The position numbers and the translations under genes are program-made. From Bacillus subtilis subsp. subtilis str. 168 (lineage in GTDB: Bacteria > Bacillota > Bacilli > Bacillales > Bacillaceae), in contig NC_000964.3 in NCBI RefSeq assembly GCF_000009045.1, positions 1,798,001-1,862,000 on the forward strand: DNA of 64,000 nucleotides, read 5' to 3'. Shown here piece after piece: positions 1 to 35,500 of this stretch. Under the pieces are notes generated by a model that saw nothing but the letters and a program-made list of their open reading frames with translations, did no database searches and was not told the DNA's origin. How positions within the stretch are numbered: position 1 is the stretch's first letter; every line of letters begins with the position of its first letter.

Positions 1-1
1 T

Positions 2-23537
<23,536 letters not shown>

Positions 23538-23545
23538 GAGAGGAG
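23538..23545 (+). promoter_or_regulatory. RBS for pksM
   Basis: GAGAGGAG, 7 nt before ATG 23553. Confidence 0.85.
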
Positions 23546-23552
23546 TGGGAAA

Positions 23553-26500
23553 ATGATAACTGAACAACTGCACATTTCATTAAATAATCCAATCATGTCC
23601 AACCACAAGGTATATGGACAAGCGTTATTACCCGGCCTTGCTTATATAGATTTAATCTACCAAGTATTCCAGGAACATGGTTATGCATACCAAGAGCTTG
23701 AATTAAAAAACCTAACCATTTTTTACCCTTTGATCGCAGATGAGTCATATGACATTGCCCTGACCATTCACGTGTCTGAAAGAAAGGAAGGGACATGGTC
23801 CATCATCATCGACGGACAAAAACAGCATGGAGAATCACTATCTGACAAGAGACAATATGTGACTGCTGACATGCATCGTAAAGAGCAAACCGCTTTTGCC
23901 GAATCAATAGACCTTAATCAGTGGAAAAGTACAGCTGACAGGATTCTGAATTTAGATGAAATCTATGAACAATGCCGATCTCAAGAGTTAGTGCATACCG
24001 GCATGATGAAGGCGGAAGGACAGATTTATGAAGCCAAAGAGGGGGCTGTAATTGATTTAGCAGTCGGACAGGAAGCATTGCGTCATTCTGATGCTTTTCT
24101 GTTTCATCCGACGCTTATTGACGGCAGCGGCATAGGTTCAAGCTGCCTGATCTCAGATCAAACGATGTACCTGCCATTGTATTATGAATCGTTTTCTGCT
24201 TCAGAACGATTGCAAAAAGGATGTACAGCACGGATCCTCTCCTCATCTGTGCGCCAAAAGAAAGAACTCACTTATATGACGATTGAATATTTTAATTCAG
24301 CAGGACAAAAAGTGGCCGAGCTGAAACAATTTGCAGGCAAGTCTGTACGGAATATGTCAGCCTTTCATTCTGCAAAAGAAATTCAAGAAGAAAGAGCTGC
24401 TGTCTCTCAGAACATCAGTCGGGACTATCCCGCATTTGAAATGTATTTGCGTCAGCTGCTTGCTAAGCAGCTTGAAAGGCCGGCAGAACAAATGGATATC
24501 CACGCTGGGTACTATGAGCTTGGTCTGGATTCTTCGTCATTGCTTACCGTGGTTCAGGAAATTGGAGATAAGGTTGGGGCGGATCTTGCTCCGACACTGC
24601 TGTTTGAATTTACAACAATTGCAGAACTAGCTGCTCATCTTGCTGATCACTATTCAATTGGAGAGGCGGACGATGCTGTCCGCCAATCTCCTTCACCAAT
24701 TGATGGTGTTACCTCTTCACCAGAGATCGGGGAGGACATAGCCATTATCGGAATGGCGGGACGCTATCCTAAGGCGAAAAATATACAGGAATTTTGGGAA
24801 CAGCTTAAAGCGGGTACCGACTGCATCACAGAGATTCCAAACTCACGCTGGGAATGGAAAGAAAGCGATGGACTGGATTCACCTGCAGGCAAGCCGCTCT
24901 CGAAATGGGGCGGCTTTATCGAGGAGGCTGATTGCTTTGATCCTCAATTTTTCAGAATCTCTCCGCGTGAAGCGGAAATGATGGACCCTCAGGAACGCTT
25001 ATTTTTAGAGACGTGCTGGGAAGCTATTGAAGATGCGGGTTATACACCAGAGACAATTGCTTCACCGCAGGGAGAAAATAAAAGACAGCATGTCGGTGTG
25101 TTTGCCGGCGTTATGCATAAGGACTATTCTCTTATAGGAGCTGAAGCTCTATCAGAACACAATCCATTTCCTTTATCGCTGAATTATGCGCAAATCGCCA
25201 ACAGGGTCTCTTACTATTGTAATTTCCACGGCCCAAGCATGGCGGTGGACACGGTCTGCTCTTCCTCATTAACTGCGGTTCATCTGGCAATAGAGAGCAT
25301 CCGGAATGGAGAATGCGAGGCCGCGCTTGCCGGAGGCGTCAATTTGTCACTGCATCCGGCTAAATATATCAGCTATGGCAGTGTAGGGATGCACTCAAGT
25401 GACGGCTATTGCCATACTTTCGGCAAAGGCGGGGATGGCTACGTATCTGGAGAAGGTGTCGGCACAGTATTGCTAAAACCGCTGCGAAAAGCTGAACAGG
25501 ACGGTGACCGAATCTATGCTGTCATCAAAGGCAGTGCGATAAATCATGTAGGAAAAGTAAGCGGAATTACAGTACCGAGCCCGGTAGCTCAAGCTGATGT
25601 AATCGAAGCATGTCTAGAAAAAACAGGAATTGATCCGCGCACCATCAGCTATGTTGAAGCCCATGGCACTGGCACCTCATTGGGAGATCCGATTGAAGTA
25701 CAGGGGTTAGTAAAAGCTTTCAGCCGCAATACGCAGGACAAGCAATTCTGTTCAATCGGTTCTGTGAAATCAAATATTGGCCATGCTGAAGCTGCAGCCG
25801 GCATTAGCGGCTTAACGAAGACTGTCCTGCAGCTGCATCATAAAACCTTGGTGCCGTCATTACATTCAGAAGAGCTGAATCCTTATTTGAAGCTTGATCA
25901 AACCCCATTTTTTGTCCAGCATGAAACAAAGGAATGGGAGCAGCCATCTTTTACAGAAAACGGGGTGGACGTCACATATCCCCGCCGTGCCGGTTTAAGT
26001 TCGTTTGGCGCTTCAGGATCAAATGCGCATCTTATTTTGGAAGAATATATTCCGGCAGAGAGCCATTCAGAGACGATTTTAACGAAAAATGAAGAAATAG
26101 TGATACCTTTGTCTGCGAGAAACAAAGATCGTCTGCAGGCTTACGCTCTTAAACTTCTTGATTTTCTTAGCGAGGACGTCAATCTTTTAGCGTTAGCTTA
26201 TACCATGCAGGCAGGACGGGTTGAAATGGAGGAGCGTGCGGCCTTCATTGTAAAAGACATAAAAGATTTAACGGCTAAACTTCGGGCGTTTGCCAATGGC
26301 GAAGAAGAGATCGAGGGCTGCTGGACCGGACGAGCCAAGGAGAATCAGGAGGCGGCTGGGCTAGCATCGGTAAATGCGCTGAATAACAATTTGATAAGAG
26401 ACAGTGAAATGATGGAAATGGCGAAAGCATGGGTTCAAGGAAAGCGGGTCACCTGGGACGACCTATACGGCGATCGCAAGCCGCTTAAGATCAGTGTTCC

Positions 26501-29500
26501 GACCTATCCGTTTGCAAGGGAGCGCTACTGGATCTCGGTTCCTGAAATGAAAACCAGCACTGTGAATCATATCTTACATCCGCTGGTGCACCGCAATACA
26601 TCAGACTTTACTGAGCAGCGCTTTAGCTCTGTATTTACAGGCACGGAATTTTTCCTGTCAGATCATGTTGTACAGGGACAGAAAATTTTGCCGGGCGTTG
26701 CCTATTTAGAAATGGCAAGGGAAGCAGCGGAAAAAGCTGCAGGCGATCTGGACGGCGAACAAAGAGTGGTGTCGCTTAAAGACATTGTGTGGGTGCGTCC
26801 TATCACGATAGAAAGTGAACCAAAAGAAATACATATTGGCCTTTTTCCTGAGGATAACGGGGACATTTCCTTTGATATTTATAGCAGCTCTGAACATAAA
26901 GAAGAAGCCCTGACGATACACTGCCAAGGTCGCGCTGTCATTTCAGATGAAGCGGAGACTTCCATTTTAAACCTTTCATCAATACAGACAGAATGCAGCC
27001 TGGACACAGTGACGTCAGAACAATGCTATGCAGCGTTTCGAAAGATTGGGCTTGACTATGGCGAGGGCTATCAAGGGATTGAAAAAGTCTATGTCGGCAA
27101 AGATCAATTGCTTGCAAAAATCTCGTTACCCGCTTTTCTAAAAAACGACAAGCAGCATTTTGCGCTCCACCCGAGTTTGATGGATTCCGCGTTCCATGCC
27201 ACAGTCGGTTTTATCGTTAGCTCAGTCAATGCCGCTGGACAAGCTCAGACGCTGTCTCTTCCATTTGCGTTACAGGAGGTTGATATTTTCAGCCCATGTC
27301 CAGAGAAGATATGGTCTTATATTCGATACAGTTCAGACAGTAAAGCGGAGAACAAAGTCAGAAAGTATGACATTGATTTATGTGATGAGAACGGACGTGT
27401 TTGTGTGCGAATGAAGGGTGCCTCGATGCGGGCACTTGATGGAGAGCAGCATTCAAAGCCGCAACTATTAACTGATTCTCAGCTGACCGGGCATACGGTG
27501 ATGATCCCCGTCTGGGAACCAGTCTCTCTAGAAGCGGAGGATAATGCTTCGTTTGCTGGTAAAAGAGCTGTTTTATGCGGAGCTGCTGAAGCTGATCGGA
27601 CTTTCATAAAGCATCATTATCCGCAAATTTCCTTTGTCGATATCCGCCCTGCAGATGACATTGAGGCAATAGCGGACAAACTGCAAGCGTACGGAAGCAT
27701 TGACCATGTATTGTGGATTGCCCCGTCACACCGGGGAAGTATAGGTAGTGATGGACAAGAAGAAGCTGTTCTTCACTTATTTAAGCTTGTGAAAGCATGC
27801 CTGCAATTAGGCTATGGCGAGAAACAACTTGAATGGTCTCTTGTGACCGTCCAAGCGCAGCCGGTTACGCAACATGAGGCAGTACAACCCGCTCATGCAA
27901 GCATTCATGGGCTTGCCGGCACAATGGCAAAGGAATATCCACACTGGAAAATCCGTCTTCTCGATCTTGAAAAAGGCTGCACATGGCCGGTAAATCACAT
28001 GTTTGCGCTCCCAGCTGACCGCCTTGGCCATGCTTGGGCCTATCGTAATCAGCAATGGCATCAGCAGCAATTGATCCCATATCGGTCCTCACTGTCAGGC
28101 GACACGCTATATCGGAAAGGCGGAGTCTATGTGGTCATCGGAGGAGCCGGGTATATCGGAGAGGCGTGGAGTGAGTACATGATCCGCCGCTACCAGGCGC
28201 AAATCGTTTGGATTGGGCGAAGTCAACTTAATGCTGCCATCCAGTCAAAAATAGACCGACTTTCGGCGCTTGGCCCTGAGCCTTTCTACATTGCAGCCGA
28301 TGCAGCCGATAAGCATTCACTGCAGCAGGCTTATGAACAAGTGAAAAAACGTCATCCTCATATTCACGGGATTGTTCACTCTGCGATGGTTTTATTTGAG
28401 CAAAGCCTGGAAAAAATGAAGCCGGAAGAATTCACCGCTGGACTGGCGGCGAAGATCGATGTCAGTATTCGGATGGCCCAAGTGTTCCGCCAGGAGAATG
28501 TAGATTTTGTTTTATTCTTCTCTTCGCTTGTAGCCCATATCAAAAATGTGAAGCAAAGCCATTATGCCTCTGGCTGTACATTTGCAGATGCTTTTGCTCA
28601 CCAGCTTTCTCAGAGCTGGGCATGCCCTGTAAAAGTCATGAACTGGGGATATTGGGGGAATAGTGAAGCGGCTGAGGATGAACATTATGTACAGCTCATG
28701 AATCAAATCGGCTTAGGTTTAATTGAGCCCGCGGAGGCTATGAAGGCGCTGGAAGCACTGCTTTCTGGGCCAGTCAGCCAAACAGCTTTCATTCATACGA
28801 CAAAGCCTGTAGCAGTCGAAGGCGTGAATCAGAATGAATTCATCACTCTTTATCCAGAGCAACCTTCAGCAGATGCAGAGAGCCTGATGGAGCGTCTGCC
28901 GACTACGGGACGATTTCAAAGAGTGACACATGAAGAGCTTGATGATCTTCTTTACAGGCTGTTGTTAGGACAGCTGCAAACAGCCGAGCTGTTTGATGGT
29001 TATACATTATCGGTTGAACGTCTTCAACAATATAAGACTCGTGAATTTTATGGAAAATGGATTCGGCAAAGCAGCGAATTTCTCTTGCAGCATGGCTATC
29101 TTAAGAAAGTTGGAGATTCATTGGTGAGGAAGGACCAAGCAGAGGATATCGAGCTGCTTTGGCTAGAATGGAACGCGAAAAAAGAAAAGTGGCTTAAAGA
29201 CAGCGAGACAAAGGCGATGGTTGTATTAGCAGAGGCCATGCTGCAAGCATTACCGGATATTTTGACAGGGAAAGTCCCTGCAACAGATATCATGTTCCCG
29301 CATTCCTCGATGGAACTGGTGGAAGGCATTTATAAGCATAACCAAGTGGCAGACTATTTTAATAAAGTGCTTGCCGATACATTATTAGCTTATCTGGATG
29401 AACGTCTGAAGCACGACCCTGAGGCATCGATTCGCATTATGGAAATAGGCGCAGGCACAGGCGGCACGAGTGCCGGAATCTTTGAAAAACTGAAACCATA

Positions 29501-32500
29501 TCAAAAGCACATCAATGAATATTGCTATACAGATCTGTCTAAAGCATTTTTGCTGCATGCAGAAAAGGAATATGGGGCGGAAAATCCGTACCTGACATAT
29601 CAGCTTTTTGATGTGGAAAAACCGATTGATCAGCAGGAATTTGAAGCGGGAGGCTATGATGTCGTCATTGCCGCTAATGTCCTTCACGCAACAAAAAATA
29701 TCCGTCAAACACTGCGGCATACAAAAGCGGTAATGAAAAACAACGGAATGCTGCTGCTGAATGAAATGGCGGGAAACAGCCTGTTCCCTCACATCACCTT
29801 TGGTCTTTTGGAAGGCTGGTGGCTGTATGAAGATCCTGCAGTGCGGATTCCCGGCTGTCCAGGCTTACATCCTGACAGCTGGAAAGCGGCACTTGAAAGC
29901 GAAGGCTTTGAATCTGTCTTTTTCCCGGCCGAGGCGGCACATGATCTGAGTCACCAAATCGTCGCAGCCTCAAGCAACGGGCTGGTTCGACGTATGATGA
30001 AAAATGTGATCTTGCCGGAGAAGGTTGTTTCACAAGCGTCTAATCAGGAGCCAGCCTACATTCATACCATAGATTCAGAGGAAGCTGGACAATCGAAACA
30101 TGCTCTCCTAAGAGAAAAAAGCACAGAATATATGAAAAAACTAATCGGGGAAACGTTGAAAATTCCTGCAGGAAAGATTGAGTCATCTGAACCTCTTGAA
30201 AAGTACGGTATTGATTCTATCGTTGTTGTCCAGCTGACGAATACATTGCGTAAAGAATTTGACCATGTAAGCAGCACTTTATTTTTCGAGTACCAGACCA
30301 TTGACGCATTAGTGGAGCATTTCATCAAAACAAAAACAGAAGCTCTGATGAAATTAACAGGTCTTGACCGTCAAGTTCAACAACATACACCGGCCGAAAG
30401 CAGAACCCAATCTTCACAGAAACCTGATCAGGCCGCTAAAAGAACACGGCGCTTTCGCAAGCTTGGCTTCAGCGGGGAGAAAGAAACACCGACAAACACT
30501 CTTGCAAGCCGTGACGTTGCCGTTATCGGCATTTCTGGACGCTATCCTCAGGCGGAAACAGCAGAAGACTTTTGGAACAACCTAAAAGAAGGAAGAAATT
30601 GTATTGAGGAAATTCCGAAAGATCGCTGGGATTGGAAAGCTTATTACGATAAAGAAAAAGGAAAAGAAGGATCAATTTATACGAAATGGGGCGGATTTAT
30701 CAAGGATATGGACAAGTTTGACCCATTATTCTTTCAGATTTCTCCGCTTGAGGCAGAAAGAATGGACCCTCAGGAGCGATTATTTCTGCAAACCGCTTAT
30801 GCAAGTATTGAAGACGCGGGATACACGCCTGACTCGCTCTGTTCAAGCAGAAAAATCGGCGTCTTTGCCGGAGTCATGAACAAAAATTATCCGACTGGCT
30901 ACGGCTATTGGTCTATCGCCAACAGAATATCCTATTTACTGAATTTCCAAGGCCCGAGTCTTGCAGTCGATACAGCCTGCTCATCCTCCCTGACAGCGAT
31001 TCATTTAGCGCTGGAAAGCATCTATAGCGGATCGAGTGATTGTGCCATTGCCGGCGGTGTCAATTTAGTTGTCGACCCGGTTCACTATCAGAATTTATCT
31101 GTCATGAATATGCTCTCTGCTAGTGATACATGTAAATCATTCGGCGATGATGCAGATGGATTTGTCGACGGTGAAGGCGTAGGCGCCATTGTGTTAAAGC
31201 CGCTGCAGCAAGCAATAGCGGACGGTGACCATATTTACGGTGTGATAAAGGCAAGTGCCATTAATAGCGGAGGAAAAACAAATGGATACACGGTTCCAAA
31301 TCCTCATGCACAGGCACAGGTGATTAAAGAAGCAATTGAGCGCGCCGACATTCCTGCCCGAACCATCAGTTATTTAGAGGCGCATGGAACAGGCACTGCA
31401 TTAGGAGATCCGATTGAGATAGCGGGGTTAACAAAAGCATTCGAGAAAGATACGCAGGAGAAACAGTTTTGTGCGATCGGCTCCAGCAAATCAAATATCG
31501 GCCATTGTGAAAGTGCAGCCGGAATTGCAGGGCTGACAAAAATACTTTTTCAGTTTAAATATGGCCAAATTGCGCCATCATTGCATGCTCAGCGGTTGAA
31601 TCCGAACATCGAGTTCAGCCATACGCCATTTGTCGTTCAGCAGCAACTTGGTGAATGGAAACGCCCGGTGATTGGCGGGCAAGAGGTGCCTAGGCGCGCT
31701 GGCTTGAGCAGTTTTGGCGCCGGAGGGTCCAATGCCCATATCATCCTGGAAGAATATATTCCAAGAACGGGGGCGCAAACGCCGAAAGACCATCCTCCAG
31801 CGCTGATTGTGCTGTCGGCCAAAAACATGGAACGTTTGCAAGAAAAAGCGGAACAGCTGCTTACAGCCATCAAACAAAAAAGGTACTGCGAAACAGACCT
31901 GATCAGGATCGCCTATACCTTGCAAACAGGCCGTGAAGCAATGGAGGAACGGCTGGCCTTTATAGCGGAATCACTAGAGGATCTTGAGAGAAAGCTGAAC
32001 GATTTTATCGAAAACAAAGCAGACAGCCTGTATCTGGATCGCATCGATGATAACAAAAAAGCGTTAGCAGTCTTATCAGCGGATGAGGATACGGAAAAAA
32101 TCATAGAAGCATGGATGAGCAAAGGGAAATACACGAAACTGCTGGATCTTTGGGTGAAAGGCTTGTCTTTCGACTGGGGCATGCTGTACGGCACCCAAAC
32201 GCCTGTCCGGATCAGTCTTCCGGCATATCCATTTGCAAAAGAACGTTACTGGGCACCAGGCGCGGCAAAGGCCCCGGTGTCTATAGAACAGGATCATGAT
32301 CAGCAAACAGAAGAACCTTTCAAGGTTATGACGTTTCAAGAAGTGTGGAAAGAAGAGCCGGCGACTCTCACATCGAAACGTATCAAAACGCTCATCTGTT
32401 TTCTGACTGAAAGAGAAAAGCAAAACGCATTTGCTTCAGCCCTGAAAAACGTTGATCAAGACACCAAGGTCATTTTTATATCACAGGGCGAAGTGTACAG

Positions 32501-35500
32501 CAAACAGTCTGAATATAGCTACCAGATTGTGCGGCAAGAACCCGTTACTTTTGAAAAGGCCTTCCAGAGCATTAAAGAAGAACTTGGAGAGCCAGATGCA
32601 ATCCTCTATATGTGGCCTATGGAAGACAAGCGCTGTATAAAGGACCATTCCTGTATTGTTTACCTATTACAAGGTATGTCCGCAGCAAAGCTTCATCCTT
32701 CACGGCTGCTGCTGGCAGGATGTTTTGAAGATAGTCTTGACCGAAGTTATCTGGAATCATGGATTGGCTTCGAACGTTCACTCGGGCTTGTCCTTCCGCA
32801 CACAAAAGTGACTGGAATCTTTCAGCCCGCGGAACAAGGATCGATGGATGATTGGACACGTAAAGTCTGGGCAGAATTACAGGCTTCAACTGAACAAACG
32901 GTTTTGTATCAGAATCTGAAACGATATGTAAATCACATTGAACAGACAACGATACAACCGGACAACAGCAAATTGAAGTCTGGCGGTACTTACCTGATTA
33001 CAGGCGGTGTAGGAGGGCTTGGTTATTTATTTGCCAAGCATTTGGCCAAAAACTATGCCGCAAACCTGATTTTGACAGGGAGGTCGCCTTTTAATGATGA
33101 GAAGCAAAAGCAAATAAAAGAATTAAAGGATCTAGGCGGCGAAGCGATGTATGCAGAAGCAGATGTGTCTGATCCTATCGCAATGGGAGACTGCGTAAAA
33201 AGAGGGAAAGACCGATTCGGTGCCATCAACGGTGTTATTCATGCAGCCGGAATCGAGAGCGACTCTGCTATTTTTGACAAAAAGATCGAAAGCTTCCAGC
33301 GCATCATTGAACCGAAAATCAACGGCACGATAGCGCTTGATGAATGGCTTAAAAATGAAGACCTTGATTTTATGTGTTATTTTTCTTCTTCTTCTGCGGT
33401 TTTAGGGGATTTTGGATGTTGTGATTATGCGATTGGCAATAGGTTTCAGATGGCTTACGCACAATACAGAAATGAGCTGCATAACGGTAAAACGTTTGTC
33501 ATCAACTGGCCTGTGTGGAAGGATGGCGGAATGAAGATCGGTGATGAGGAAACAACGGATATGTACCTGAAATCAAGCGGCCAACGCTTCCTAGAAGCCG
33601 AGGAAGGTATCCGTATGTTTGAGCACATCCTAGCTCAGCAGGATGCTCAGCATCTCGTGATAGCCGGTCAGCCCAGCCGTGTCAGCAGATTTTTAGGAAT
33701 GACTGAACCAGCTATTCCAGAACCGGCCACTCAAGCCCCTCTAGCACAAGAAAACAAGGATGAGGTAAAAACACTAAGCATTGAAAAGCGTTTAGAACAC
33801 GACTTGAAAGAGCATATTCACACATTGCTTAAGATTTCAAAGGACAAGCTGAATTTGAACAAAAATTGGGCCGACTTCGGATTTGATTCGATCTATTTGG
33901 CTAAATTCTCGAACGTGTTATCAAAGCATTTCAACATCGAAGTGACACCGGCTTTATTTTTCGGCTATTCAACTTTACAAGAATTGATCAGCTTTTTCTT
34001 AACCGATCATAAAGAGCTGATTGAAGCATTTTACCGGGATGATGCATCAGAGGCGCAAAAGCCCCCTGAAGCTTATGCAGTAATTCCTGTAGCTTTAGAA
34101 CCAGAAGCCAGTAAAAAAAGCATTCGGCAGGTTCACGATGAGCCTATTGCCATTATCGGCATGAGCGGCAGGTTCCCTCAAGCTGATTCGGTCCATGAGC
34201 TGTGGGATAATCTGAAAAACGGTAAATCGTGTATCTCTGACATTCCGGGCGAACGCCGGGACTGGGGGAGAGCTAACAGAGATCCAGAAAAAGCAGTGCC
34301 AAGGTGGGGTGCATTTTTGAAGGACATAGACCGGTTTGATCCGCTGTTTTTTCAAATATCGCCTAAAGAAGCCGAAAGCATGGACCCGCGTCAGCGCATT
34401 TTTCTAGAGGAAGCATGGCACACGTTTGAAGACGCCGGCTATATGGGAGATCGGATAAAAGGAAAATCCTGCGGTGTTTATGTAGGTGTGGAAGAAGGGG
34501 AATATGCGCATCTAACCGGAGATACGGATTACATTAACGGAACACAAAACGCCACATTGTCTGCGAGAATCGCATACGCATTGGATTTAAAAGGGCCTAA
34601 TATGGCTTTGACAGCAGCATGTTCATCTGGACTGGTGGCGATTCACCAGGCATGTTCAGCTCTGCGTCAGGGGGATTGTGAAATGGCTTTAGCGGGCGGC
34701 GTCAGCTTGAATATTTCTCACATGTCTTTTGAGGCGCTGACAAGGGCCGAAATGCTGTCTCCGAACGGACAATGCAAAGTGTTTGACCAGGATGCCAATG
34801 GTCTTGTGCCAGGTGAAGCGGTGGCTGCTGTTCTCTTGAAACCATTATCAAAGGCAATTGAAGATAAAGATCATATTTATGGCTGCATCAAGGCCAGCGG
34901 CGTGAATTACGATGGCAAAACCAACGGCATTACTGCGCCAAATCCTTTTAGCCAGGCAGAATTGATCGAAAACATTTATGAAAAAAATGAAATCAATCCG
35001 CTCGATATTCAATATGTGATGGCGCACAGTACCGGCTCGAATCTTGGTGATCCGCTTGAGGTCCAAGCGTTAACGAGCGTGTTCAGCAAATATACGAAGC
35101 AGAAGCAATTCTGTATGATCAGCTCAATTAAACCTTTAATCGGACATACATTTGCAGCGTCAGGAACGGTTGCTTTAATCAGTATGCTGATGGCTATGAA
35201 AAACCAGATCATTCCGGCCACTCATCACTGTGAATCGGAAAACCCGTATATTCCGTTTAAAGAAAGCCCATTTGTGCTTTGCAAAGAAAACCGTTCGTGG
35301 ATCAAGAAAAATCAGAAGCCGAGGATGGGAACGATCAGCACGACTGGAATCAGCGGCACCAATGCACATGCAGTCATTGAAGAATACATTCCGGATGATC
35401 AGCCGTCCACACAGCGGCATCAAGGGTCACCGCAGATCTTTGTGATTTCAGCCCAAAATGACGATCGGCTTCAGGATGCTGCCTGCCGCATGATTGCGTA

